From the NCBI GenBank assembly GCA_001643675.2, contig LSRY02000023.1:558001-622000 (forward strand): a stretch of DNA of 64,000 bases, read 5' to 3'. The first letter of the stretch is position 1. Every line of letters begins with the position of its first letter. The translations under genes and the position numbers were made by a program. This DNA comes from Monocercomonoides exilis PA203 (Eukaryota > Protista > Preaxostyla). Positions 1 through 10,476 of the stretch are shown one piece after another. The notes beneath the pieces were generated by a model that saw only the letters and a program-made list of their open reading frames with translations, did no database searches and had not been told where the DNA came from.

Positions 1-261
1 TAAGTGAAAAAACAACGAAAATCATGAGGAAAGGCAAAGCAAATTCATGAAAAGAATTTTTCAAATATGGGTAATTTTCATTGAAAAATCATTTTTGTCA
101 AATCTTTGAAACAGAAATAATTACACATTTTTTAAATAAATTTTGATTTCAACTCACAAAATTTCACCTAAATTAGAAAAACTATGTTGCAAAGTTTTTT
201 TTCCCAAAAATTTTGAAATATTGTGAATTGGAACAAAACTTTCATCAAAAATTTGGATATA

Positions 262-665
262 TAGTTAGTGTAAAAAATGGTGGGTGCTTTCAAGAATAGT
301 GGACAGTTGCATTTTCTCGACAACCGTTTTCAGTTGCTTTTTGACAATTTCCCTAATTATTCCCTTATAGAATACAAGCTCATGTGAATTGTTAAAATCA
401 CTTATCCAACACTGTGAAATTTTATCATAATTATTTATCTTTTGTGAGAAACTCAGGGAATCTTGTTTCTCCGAGTTTCTCCGAAAATTAAAAATGTTTT
501 TTTTCATTCTGCAGAGCAAGTTGCTTCATTTTTGATAATAATATGAGTATGTTTTCATAGAAAAAAACAATTGTTTGAATTGAAGAAATGAAACTGTCAA
601 CAGTTGTTGAGATAATTCCACTGTCCACTATTATTGAAGGTGTCCACCATTATTAACACGAACTA
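262..665. mobile_element. 404-bp MITE with TA target-site duplication and ~75-bp imperfect TIRs (Tc1/mariner/pogo-type signature)
   Basis: Left end TAGTTAGTGTAAAAAATGGTGGGTGCTTTCAAGAATAGTGGACAG...; reverse complement of the right end TAGTTCGTGTTAATAATGGTGGACACCTTCAATAATAGTGGACAG.... Flanked by TA at 260-261 and 666-667. The paralogous arm has the empty site (aagaaaTATAtcc, 40378-40381). Confidence 0.92.
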
Positions 666-1243
666 TATTTCTTTTCTTTGAAAACAATTATAATATTAGA
701 AAAATATTCTTTTTTTCAAAATTAAAAAAAGATAGAGTGAAGAAATACAAGAAAGAAGAATACTCAATATCAAAACCTCTTGAAAAAACGAACAATTCAT
801 TAATCAAAATAAGAAACTTAAATTAATTCAGAAAAAGCTTGAAAGGAATAATATACAAAAGTATTTTATGAACAGTCTTCCAATAATGCCTTTTTCGTTG
901 AAACATCACTTAATATGTTTATAACATTCTGTTTGAAGCAATAGGAGGGGAAAAGCATTTCGGATCTGATGAAGAACTGGGTGCTAACAAAAATATATCC
1001 ATTGTGTTTTTATTGATTGTTGAAAGAATAAAAAACCATTGTTATTCCAATAATACATCCAAAACGAAAATGCTTTTTATTTTTATTTTTTGAATTGAAA
1101 ACAACATTTGACTTCAAACAATCGAACATGAAAAAAAAAAAAGAGAATTCTCACAAAAACAAAAAACAGGTGAAAGAAAAAAGAAAATACAGAAAAAGCT
1201 ATTTTCCAAATTGGCCATATTAAAACCATGAACCGACAACGGC

Positions 1244-4200
1244 TTAAGCATCCAGTGAAGGTGGGTTGAAAACATACACAGGAATCCTGTATTCGCACTG
1301 AAGAATAGACACAATCGACATGATCGTCTGATACGCCCCGACTCTTCGGTTCAGCACCAGCGTCCTCCTTTTTGGCGTCTGCTGCATCGAGCTTTGCTTC
1401 AGTGGCACAGCTCCCAATTTCCCCTTTTTGTAAACATTACCCTCTCCACTTTTTTGGCTTTTCGCTTTTCTTTTCTCTTGCTCTTTCTGCTTCGTCTTCA
1501 TCATCATCTTCTGCTTCTGCTTCTCGTTTTGCTCGTGCTGCGTCTGCCCTTTTCTCGAATCGCTGCTGATTGCACAATCTTTGCCCTCCTGCTCCTCCGC
1601 TCCGGTCGACCCCGCCTCTTCCTCCTGCGACTCTCCACTCACACGCTCCAAATCCCCAATGAAGAAGTAGTCCTCCTCCTCGTAGTCATCTGCACCCCCC
1701 GCCGAGTCCTCAGACCCCTCGCTCAGCGCCTGCCCTTCACTCACCTCACATCCTGGCGCAAACTGTGCTGCTTTCTCGCTCGCCCCATTTCCTGCCATTT
1801 TGTATTTCTCTTTTCGTTCTTTCCTTTCCTTTGACTCTTTTGACTCTTTCGCATCCTTCGCATCCTTTTTCAGCTTCTTCTCCTTTTTCTCTCTTTTCTC
1901 TCTTTTCTCCTTCGCCTTCTGTGCAAGTTTCGCCTTTTTCGCCTCCCTCACCCGCTTTTCTCGCGCCTCCTTTCGCTTCCTCTTCTGCTCGTCTTTCTGC
2001 TCGTTCTCTGCAATCGTCGGAAAGACCGGCTTTGCCAGCGCATCGCAGAACCGCGCAAACACACGCAGAACTGTCTGCGAGCGCGCTGCTGGCACAAACA
2101 GGAACGTGATTTCGGGCTTGTGCTGCATCAGAGCAAACAGCGGCGCAGACAGCATCACAAGATCCGCAATGGGCAGAATCACCACTGGATAAATAGAAGG
2201 ACGCTGCACTTCTGCCTCACGGGGTGCATTTTGCGGGGGAATGCGAGAGATCGAAGAAGAAGAAGAAGTTGATGATGAAGATGATGATGATGATGAAGAT
2301 GAAGATGCTGCTGCATTCAACGAAGATGATGAAGTGGAGTCATTGATCTGCTGAAATGAGAGATTAATTCGTGGAACAGGCGGAGTTGTGTTCTGGTTCC
2401 TTTGAGCTGCTTCCATCTGAAATGGCGTGGCGGTTGTGGATGGAGTGTCGGTGGTTTCATCAACTGTTGAAGGAGAAGAGACAAAAGTGCTTGGAGAAGA
2501 GGAAGAAGAAGAGGAAGAGGAAGAAGAAGAAGAAGGTGACGAGGAAGGATATGAAGTGTTGAATGATGTGGGTGTTGGCAAAACAGATGATGGAGAAGAA
2601 GAAGAAGAAGAAGCAGCAGGTGTCAGATGACTATCTGCAGTTGATTCTGTTGCTTCGTTCAGAATGCTCCTTGCTTGTCCAACTGATCCGTTGATTGAAG
2701 ATTCAGATGGACTTCACTGCAAACAATGCTGGCTGTGTGACACAACTTCATCTGCCTCATCCTCTTTTCTCACTCCATCTGAGACTGATGGAAGCGCTGA
2801 GGAGGAAGAAGAGGAAGAGGAAGAGGAAGAAGCAGAAGGTGCAGAAACAGAAGGTGACAAGTGATGCGCTGCAGATGAAGACACAGATGAAGACATAGAT
2901 GAAGATGCAGATGAAGATGCATATTGCTCCTTCACAGCTTCTGTCACTGCCTTCTTCAGCAGCTGCATCGCCGAGTTGTGCAGCGACAGCGAATACTTCC
3001 CCAGCTCTGCTTTGATCTTCTCTGTCGAGTTGAACGACGCCACTGTGCGAACAGGACTCCACACAAACAGCGCCTTCACTTCGCACACCTCCTCCACGTG
3101 TCTCTCCACAAGCCCCACTATTTCGTGCGGAGGGAGCGACTGCGGCAGAGACAGCAAGTGCAGAATCTTCCCCGAGAACTTCCCGCAGTCTGCTGACACC
3201 ACACGCGAATGCACAACAGACGGCGCATGCGAGTTGCGCACAGAGAGTGTGGTTGTCGGGATCGCATGCTCCACACGGATGGCTGTGGTGGCTTTCGCCT
3301 TTGAGGAGATTGGCGCTGACGACGAAGCAGACGACGAAGCAGACGACGAAGCAGACGACGAAGCAGAAGGGGAGGCAGAGGAAGCAGAGGAAGCAGAGGA
3401 AGCAGAGGAAGCAGAGGAAGCAGAGGAAGCAGAGGAAGCAGATGGGGAAGAAGGAGAAGGAGGGGATGTGAGGGTGGTGAAAGCAGATGAAGAAGAGCTG
3501 GATGACAGATGAGCAGATGAGGATGGCGTGGAAGATGAGGAAGATGAATAAGCTGAAGTGTGAGCGTTTGGAGCTGAATAGGAAGAAGAAGAAGGAGAAG
3601 ATGATGATGATGATGATGTTGACTGAGCAGCCTGCGGTGCATGTGACAGCAGCATCGAAGGGAGGATGGTGGAGCTGCTCGGCTGGGAGATCGTGGCTGT
3701 GACTGATGGAGTGACAGTGATCGTGTTGCTGAACGACTCCCCACTCGGCAGATGAAACGGGCTCGTCTTGCTCGACCGGTCCAGGGGCATTCTCAGCGGA
3801 AAGACAAAGTGCGAGAACAGCGCTTCGTTCAGCAAGTGCTGTGTGGGCAGCGCTGCTGAGATCAGCTTCCCATCTGCCCGGTGCGTCAGCGCGTGCAGGG
3901 AGATGTGCGGCGAGTAGCGGATGTATGTTGTGCGCGGCCGGGGGAGGAACGAAGAGGAGGAGGAGACCAATGATGTGGACGACGCTGACTCGAAGTCAAG
4001 CGATGATGATGAGGGCGCATATGGTTTGCGCACAAGAGATGCTGGAAGTGTGGCCAGTTGAGTGGAGGTGTTGTTGGAGGAGGAAGATGATGAGGAAGAA
4101 GAAGAAAACGAGAATATCAACTTCTTCACAGTCTCCATCCCCGAAGACGCCATCATCATCTGCCTCGCATCGTTCTGCGACGTGTCGATGTTCGCCTCGG

Positions 4201-6604
4201 GTGCCACAAACGACGACAGCGATGCAATCACATCTGCCAGCACCGACAAGATCTTCTGCTCATTCAGCTCTCCAATCGACTTCGCCTTCAGCGCCCGGTG
4301 CGTGATCGTCGCCGCAATCTGCAGCACTGAGTCCTTCCACTGCGCTGCAATGCTTTTGCCCAGCGAAGTCGTCACAAAAGGAGATGACGAGAAAGAAGAA
4401 GGCACAAATGGAATGAAGATCTGCGGGTGGATCAGAGCAGACGACGCTGGCAGCGCACGCAGACGCATGAAGGTGGAGAGCAGCTTCGTGATTGACGAGG
4501 AGAAAGACGCCAGGTCGTTTGTGGTGGCTGAGTGTGCATGCACAGCGGGGGAGACAAAGCTCAGCGGCGTGACTGCTGACAGGAAGCTCGCGTGCTGAGG
4601 AAGATGGTGCGAGTAGCTGTGGAAAATGTGTGTTTTTGTCGATTTCTTGTCTCTTTTTGGCTTCATTTCCCAACGCACAATCTGTCCGCTGCTGCTCGCT
4701 GTGGATGCACGCGAAGAGGCTTGTTGAGAAGGAACAGCTGACGCACACGGAAGAGGAGAAGAGGAGGCATCTTCGGTTGAGTTAGAAGATGAAGATGAAG
4801 ATGACGATGAAGATGAGGAAGGATAAGAGGAAGTTGAAGAAGAAGATGGAATGGCTGAAAAGAAAGGTGAAGGAGAAGGAGAAGCAGTGAATGCAAACGA
4901 ACTGGATGGAGACAACATGGATGATATCGAAGCAGATGAGCCTGAAAATGTGGCTGAAAAAGTCGACTTTTCTGTCTCGCTGCTTTTCCGCTCCTTTTCT
5001 TCATTCGAATTCTTCCGCACTTTCTTCGGACTCGCAAATGTCTCCTGGCTCTTTGATGAGACCGAAAGATGCGAAACACTCTTTTGCATCGGAGAATCCG
5101 TTTTCGTTGAGTCAAATGAGGCTGAAGACGAGGCACTCTCAAAGGGCGAATGGGCAGCGGCAGAAACAGAAGAAAAGGGCGAAAGAGATTGGAACGAGGC
5201 TGGCATTGGTGAAGAGGTGGAAGAAAAAAAAGATTGCATAGACAACACAGCAGGGTTGAAGAGAGAGGCTGAAGAAGCCACATCTGTTGTCGGCTGCAGT
5301 GCGCCAACTGCGTTTTCGGAGTGTGTCGGGATGAGAGGCGAAGGAGGGTGCATTCCTTCTTCTCCTGCCTGCTGCTCTCTTTCCCCCTCCCCCGACTCCA
5401 CAAACAGCCCACTCCCACACAGCGTGCCTCTCCCATGTGCTGACACTTTCACTGACGATGACTCCATGCTCGCTGACCCATCGTCTGCTGATGGGACAAT
5501 CTGCCACTCCAAATCCGGTGCTGCCTGCGAAACTGGAAGGGCTGGCGGAAGACGAGCTCTGTGCGACGATGAGTAGGTGGACGAGGAAGAACAAGTGGAA
5601 TACGAAGAAAACGAGGAAGAGGAAGAGGAGGAGGAGGCAGAAGACGCAGAAGAGGAAGCAGACTCACTGTCAATAGATGTGAGCGACAAGGGCGTCATTG
5701 ACGTGACAAGCAGAGGGTTCATCATCTGCTCGCTTTCTATCCCTCGCTCAGCCTGCTCTTCGATGAAGCTCTGCAGACTCCTTTTGAACACCCCGCCAAT
5801 CGAAAACACCACTCGGCTGAACACAACACTCTGCCTGATTCTCGTTTTGATGGTCGCTATCTGTGTCTTCATGTGCGGCTCATTCAACATCATCATCTGT
5901 TGCTGCTGTTGCATTTGTTGCTGTTGCATTTGCTGCTGCTGTTGTTGTGCCATTTCAGCAGCATCCCCTTCTCTCTGGTTGAGCATCGACGGCGCATGCT
6001 GACACCTGGCGAGTGGAAGCCGGCTCGCTGACGAGGTGTTTGTGTTCTGACTCTGCGAATGCTGCTGCTGCAGACTCGCCGACGAAGCAGAAGGCGAAGC
6101 GTGCGCACTTCCGCTCGTGTCTGAGAACGGAGACGTCACAGACGCCTGCGAAAGCCTCAGCGGCGGCACCGAAATCCGCAGAGTGGCTGGCTTGTTCCGC
6201 TTCCCACTTGCCTGTGCCTTCCTCTGCACTCCAGATGAACCTGCTGCTGACGATGCTGCTGACGATGCTGACTGATCGTGTGCATCTGAAGAGGCAGATG
6301 CATCAGAAACAGGATGTGTGTGTGCATCGCCCTCCCCGCCGAAGATGCTCAGACTCAACGACACCAGTGAGTTGCTCTCAGATATCACTGAAGGTGTGGG
6401 AGACGCTGCTGACTCGCTTTGTCTGAGCGTGCCATCCACATACAGCCACTGGTCAGACACCGACGGGTCGAACGCAGTGAAAGGCGGAGAGTTCGGCGTG
6501 AGCGGCGAACAAGGCTGCGATCGGTGGGACTTGTGAGCGCGTATTGTCTTGATGGTACCGTTCTTATCTGGAAATTCTTCTTCGTTTCCAAACATTTCAC
6601 TCAT
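1244..6604 (-). pseudogene. Truncated duplicate of the giant gene's C-terminal ~1,735 aa, with its own ATG (6604) and one in-frame TGA at 2714-2716
   Basis: ORFs 2714-6688 and 1244-2581 are in the same frame, separated by TGA where the parent has GGA (38345-38347: ttg cag GGA agt vs ttg cag TGA agt). The first ATG is MSEMF-GNEEEF at 6604. It could encode a ~1,296-aa truncated protein. Confidence 0.8.
3318..3440. repeat. Copy-specific coding minisatellite expansion: (GACGACGAAGCA)x4 and (GAGGAAGCA)x7
   Basis: Directly visible. The corresponding parent region (~37720-37745) has about one unit of each. Confidence 0.9.
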
Positions 6605-7857
6605 TTTTCCTGATGCGCACACAGAATGTGAAGAACTCTGTTTAAAAGATAAAGATGATGAAAACGATGATGTGTTGGCTTTTGTCAAATCATTTGATGA
6701 CGATTTGTTTGAGGAAGACGAAGTAGAAGAAGAATAAAGGAGGCGTGAATGTTAACAAAATAGATTGGCTGCTCTTCAACAACGTTGAGATAAAAAAATT
6801 AAAAAAAAAATATGTGCTCATTCAGTAATTCTCATGCAAAGGATGATGATACGGATTAAATGAAACCTTCAATAATCCAGGAACAAATCTAAACGAATCA
6901 TGAACAAAAATTGAAATGGAGCGCAAAAATCACTTTGTTGAAAAACAAAATGAAGAAGATAAAAATAACCAAATTCTCTTTCATTGGCTGTGGCGACAAA
7001 GAAAGCAAACTGCGAATGATAATTTCCTTGCTTGCTCAAAATGGCTATCCCTTTGAAGAATGAAATCCAGATGCAATTAAGCAGAATGTTATCCGACTGC
7101 TAACAAGCATTCGATTAAAGGTTACATCTACGATAACGTTCCTCATTTGCTTTGGTTTGAAAACACAACCAGATATAGAAATTCGTCTCTTTCCACGTCT
7201 GTCAGGCACAGTTCGAGAAACAGGAAAACCTTATAAATAAAATCGATATTTTGGGGTTCTCCTTTTTTCCGTTGAATTCTTGACTTTTTTAAGTAATAAA
7301 TATCCTTCCCTCGATATTGCCAGCCACTTTCCTTGCCAAAAAATACCACAAACTGCATCACTGCCTTATGCTCCAAAATGCTATATAATTTTGTGCAGAT
7401 TTTGTCCTTCACAGAATTCCATCCATATATTTTCATTCAATAAAAAAACAGTTGAATTTGTTTTCATCTCTTGTTCCAAATAATAATTTATGAAAATCAT
7501 ATATCTTCCGTAACTTCATTTATTTCCCAATGGCTATATAATAATCAGCTCTGCTCTCATCGTATTGCTTTCCAAAGCGGAGATTGGCCATTTCAACAAT
7601 AACTCATATTCCTGCACTTTGGAGAGGATACGGATGGAAATATCTTCACAACATATAGAACAATATAAATTACATACAATATCATTTTTGTGTTATTTAT
7701 GAAATTGTTGTATTCCCCTTGGCCATCCAATCTCTAATAATCATCAGGCAGAATTCCAAAAAAATTGCATCTCCACCATTGACTGTTGTCACACAGGAAA
7801 TAATATTTCTAATTCAATAGGTAATGATTACTCACGAAATTTTCATTCTGCGCAATA

Positions 7858-8392
7858 CACCAAAAATTATTCAAAATGAGAATTTTTGCATTCAAAAAAA
7901 TTAAAATTGCATTCAAAATAATAATTTTGCAAACAAAATGAAAATTTTTGCGTTCAAAATGGAAAATTTGCAAACGAATTAATAATTTTTTCAAACGAAA
8001 CAATAATTTTTGCATTCGAAATAATAATTGTTCAAAACCAAACAAAAAATTGTTCACTCTCTCACGAAATTTTGTGAAAATCATTTTTTAACATTCGAAT
8101 CGGAAATAATTTCATGTTACTTTTATTTTCATGTGCGTTTAAAAATTTTTTTGAAATTTTTAATTTTTTCCTGAAATTTTTAATAATTTCAAATAATTTT
8201 TATTCCTATGAAAACAGAAAATATTTTCATTTCGAATGCAAATATTTTCATTTCGTTTGAAAAATTTTCATTTTGAATGCAAAAATTATTTTGTTGAATG
8301 AAAAATTATTATTATGAATGAAATTTTTATTAATTCGTTAACAAAATTATTAATTCGATTGCAAAAATTCTCATTTTGAATAATTTTTGGTG
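7858..8392. mobile_element. 535-bp foldback-type MITE with CAC...GTG termini, flanking TA and ~21-bp subterminal tandem repeats
   Basis: TA|CACCAAAAATTATTCAAAATGAGAATTTTTGCA (7856-) is the perfect reverse complement of TGCAAAAATTCTCATTTTGAATAATTTTTGGTG|TA (-8394). Internal arrays such as GCATTCAAAATAATAATTTT / GCAAACAAAATGAAAATTTTT are mirrored at the right end. No coding capacity. Confidence 0.9.
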
Positions 8393-8730
8393 TATCATTC
8401 CATCTCGAAAGATCTTAATTGATCATATTTCCATTACATCAAAGTGAAAAAACAAAGTGTTCTTTATCTTTGTATTTACAAATCGACTATGTCAACGCGA
8501 GATGGAACAGTTTGATGCATATATGTTTTTATCTTTTATGAGTTTTTATATTTCATCAATTTCTCCATTTAAATATATGCGAATTCAATATGAATAATCA
8601 AAATTTTGTTGTTTTTTGGCTTCAATACATTTTTGAAAAAGCAGGAGACAGAAAACACAAAAAAGTCCACTGGCATGCAATCATAATTGATATATTACAT
8701 ATGATTCTTTCTTTTTTCAATTTTTTAAAG

Positions 8731-10093
8731 AATTGTTTTCCCAGTTTGGTGATGACTCAGCTGATGAGCAGAAACTGAAAATCGAAGATATTTATGGGGT
8801 GATAGAAAGGATGAGCAAAGAAAAATTCCATCGTATTTTCAACCGAAAAAAGTTCAACAAAATGCAAAAAATGATAGATGAAAGGAAAATGACATTGGAG
8901 AATGCAATTTTGCTATTGAAGTGCATTGGATATTGCAGCTCGTTGAAAAGTGAATGGACTTTTTATTTTTATGAATCATCATTGAATGAAAGATTTCAAA
9001 AGATGATTATTGAAGAAGATGAGAAAAAAGAAGGAAAAGATGAAAAGCTTCTTGTTGATCTTTGCGAATGCTATATTTTTCTAAGCTGCAAATTCACACA
9101 CGAATTGCTTTCAATTTGTGTGCCTTGCATTCTGAAAGTTGCATTGAGGAAAGAGGGAAACGAGGAAAGTCAAAGAGAAGTGGATTTTGCTTTGCTAGCT
9201 TTGAGCAACATTAAGTATACGGCATGGGCATTTCTTTTTTGTTTAGTACACTTAATATTTTGATTTTTCACCACTTTTTATTTTAGAAAGTGGAGAAAGA
9301 ACTGTATTTGACTGAAATCACGGAAATCATAAGATTTCATCAGGAACATCACAATCTGACCCTTCTTGCATATCAGTCTGCTTGGGAGTTTTTGATAAAT
9401 AGACTTTTGAGGGATAAAAGCTTGGAAGAAGTGATTGTGAATGAGCTGCAGTTTCCGAGAGCAGCGACTAGAGTATTGGACGATATGGTAAGGTTTGTGG
9501 ATTGGAAGAAAGAGAAAGAAGAGGAGAAAGAAGAAAGAAGAAAAGATAAACATAAAGAGCTAATTATACTGAGATGGCTGAGAACCTTGGAACGTTATTT
9601 TCACAATTGCACAACGTGGAAAGAAGGAAATGTTGAACTTATCAACAGCCTTGTTCAGTTATTTAGAGCAGCAAAATATAATCACAGAAAAATTGGCTAC
9701 AAATGCATTGACATATTGCTAATAACATTAAAACACGGAGCTGCGGGAGTTGATGGCTTGCTGAAAGGCGGCGCCATTGATGCTGCCATGGAAGAGATTC
9801 TGCAACAAACGTTGAATCACTCTTCGATGTGGAATTGCTTGCGTTTTTTTGAGGTTATTTTAGAAAAATTGAAAGAAGAGGAGGATGATGAAAAGGGAGA
9901 AAAGGAGGATGATGAAAGTGAAAAAATGAAAAGAAAGGAAGTGAAAAGGAAAGTGTTTGAAAAGATGGAAGAAGAGGGATATGAAGATTGCACTTTAAGC
10001 TTTCAGAATATATTTGATTTGCTTTTTATGCAAATGGCCTATGATTTGATCGATGTTCATCATCATAATATTTTAGAATTGATGATGAGATGA
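8731..10093 (+). CDS. Member 1 of a lineage-expanded alpha-helical hypothetical protein family; 5' end unclear, possibly a pseudogene
   Basis: Exons 8731-9221 and 9287-10093 (intron 9222-9286, GC-AG, phase 0). Shares the motifs ENAILLLKCIGY, KDEKLLVDLCECY, CVPCILKVAL, LALS, LAYQSAW and LLKGGAID with 50001-51449 and 60338-61728. The homologous first exon has no in-frame ATG. Confidence 0.75.
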
Positions 10094-10476
10094 AAAATTT
10101 ATGTTTTGTAACTCAAAATTACAATTTTTTCTTTTATATTCATTTCACAAAATCAAAAACAAACAGGAATTCGATGATTTTTATTAAAAAAATTTCATTT
10201 TTTCTCATTTCAAATTTATGAATTAAAGAAATAAATTGTTTTTGTAATTTATGGATTGAAATTGCTTGAAATGACACACACACACGCACACACAAGAAAG
10301 AAAAAGTCTTGAATATATTAATAAAACACTCTTTTCATTTAGTATTTTCTTATTGTTGTTTCAAGAATCAATTTGTTCTTTTTAAATAGATAATTCAACT
10401 TGAAAAACAAATTACTTTCAAGATCAAAATACTTGTTCTTTTGCTTTATCTCGAAGAAGGCAACTTGACTGTTCAT

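Larger units (their letters stand above)
1..6589 (-). repeat. Left arm of a >=6.2-kb inverted segmental duplication (partner 34586-40637); probably continues beyond the window start
   Basis: The reverse complement matches 34586-40637 throughout. Bases 1-120 (taagtgaaaaaacaac...atttttgtcaaatctttgaaac) match 40520-40637, and GNEEE(F/L)PDKNGTIKTIRAHK marks the inner boundary. Translations of 2714-6688(-) and 1244-2581(-) are near-identical to the last ~1,735 aa of ORF 17675-39796. Confidence 0.97.

Noticed and set aside
2714-2716. Selenocysteine or reassigned TGA
   Set aside because: The paralogous codon is Gly in a disordered Ser-rich region, and TGA terminates other genes here (10093, 51449).
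7880-8370. CRISPR-like array
   Set aside because: The units are contiguous without unique spacers, mirrored, and enclosed by TIRs; the context is eukaryotic with no cas genes.
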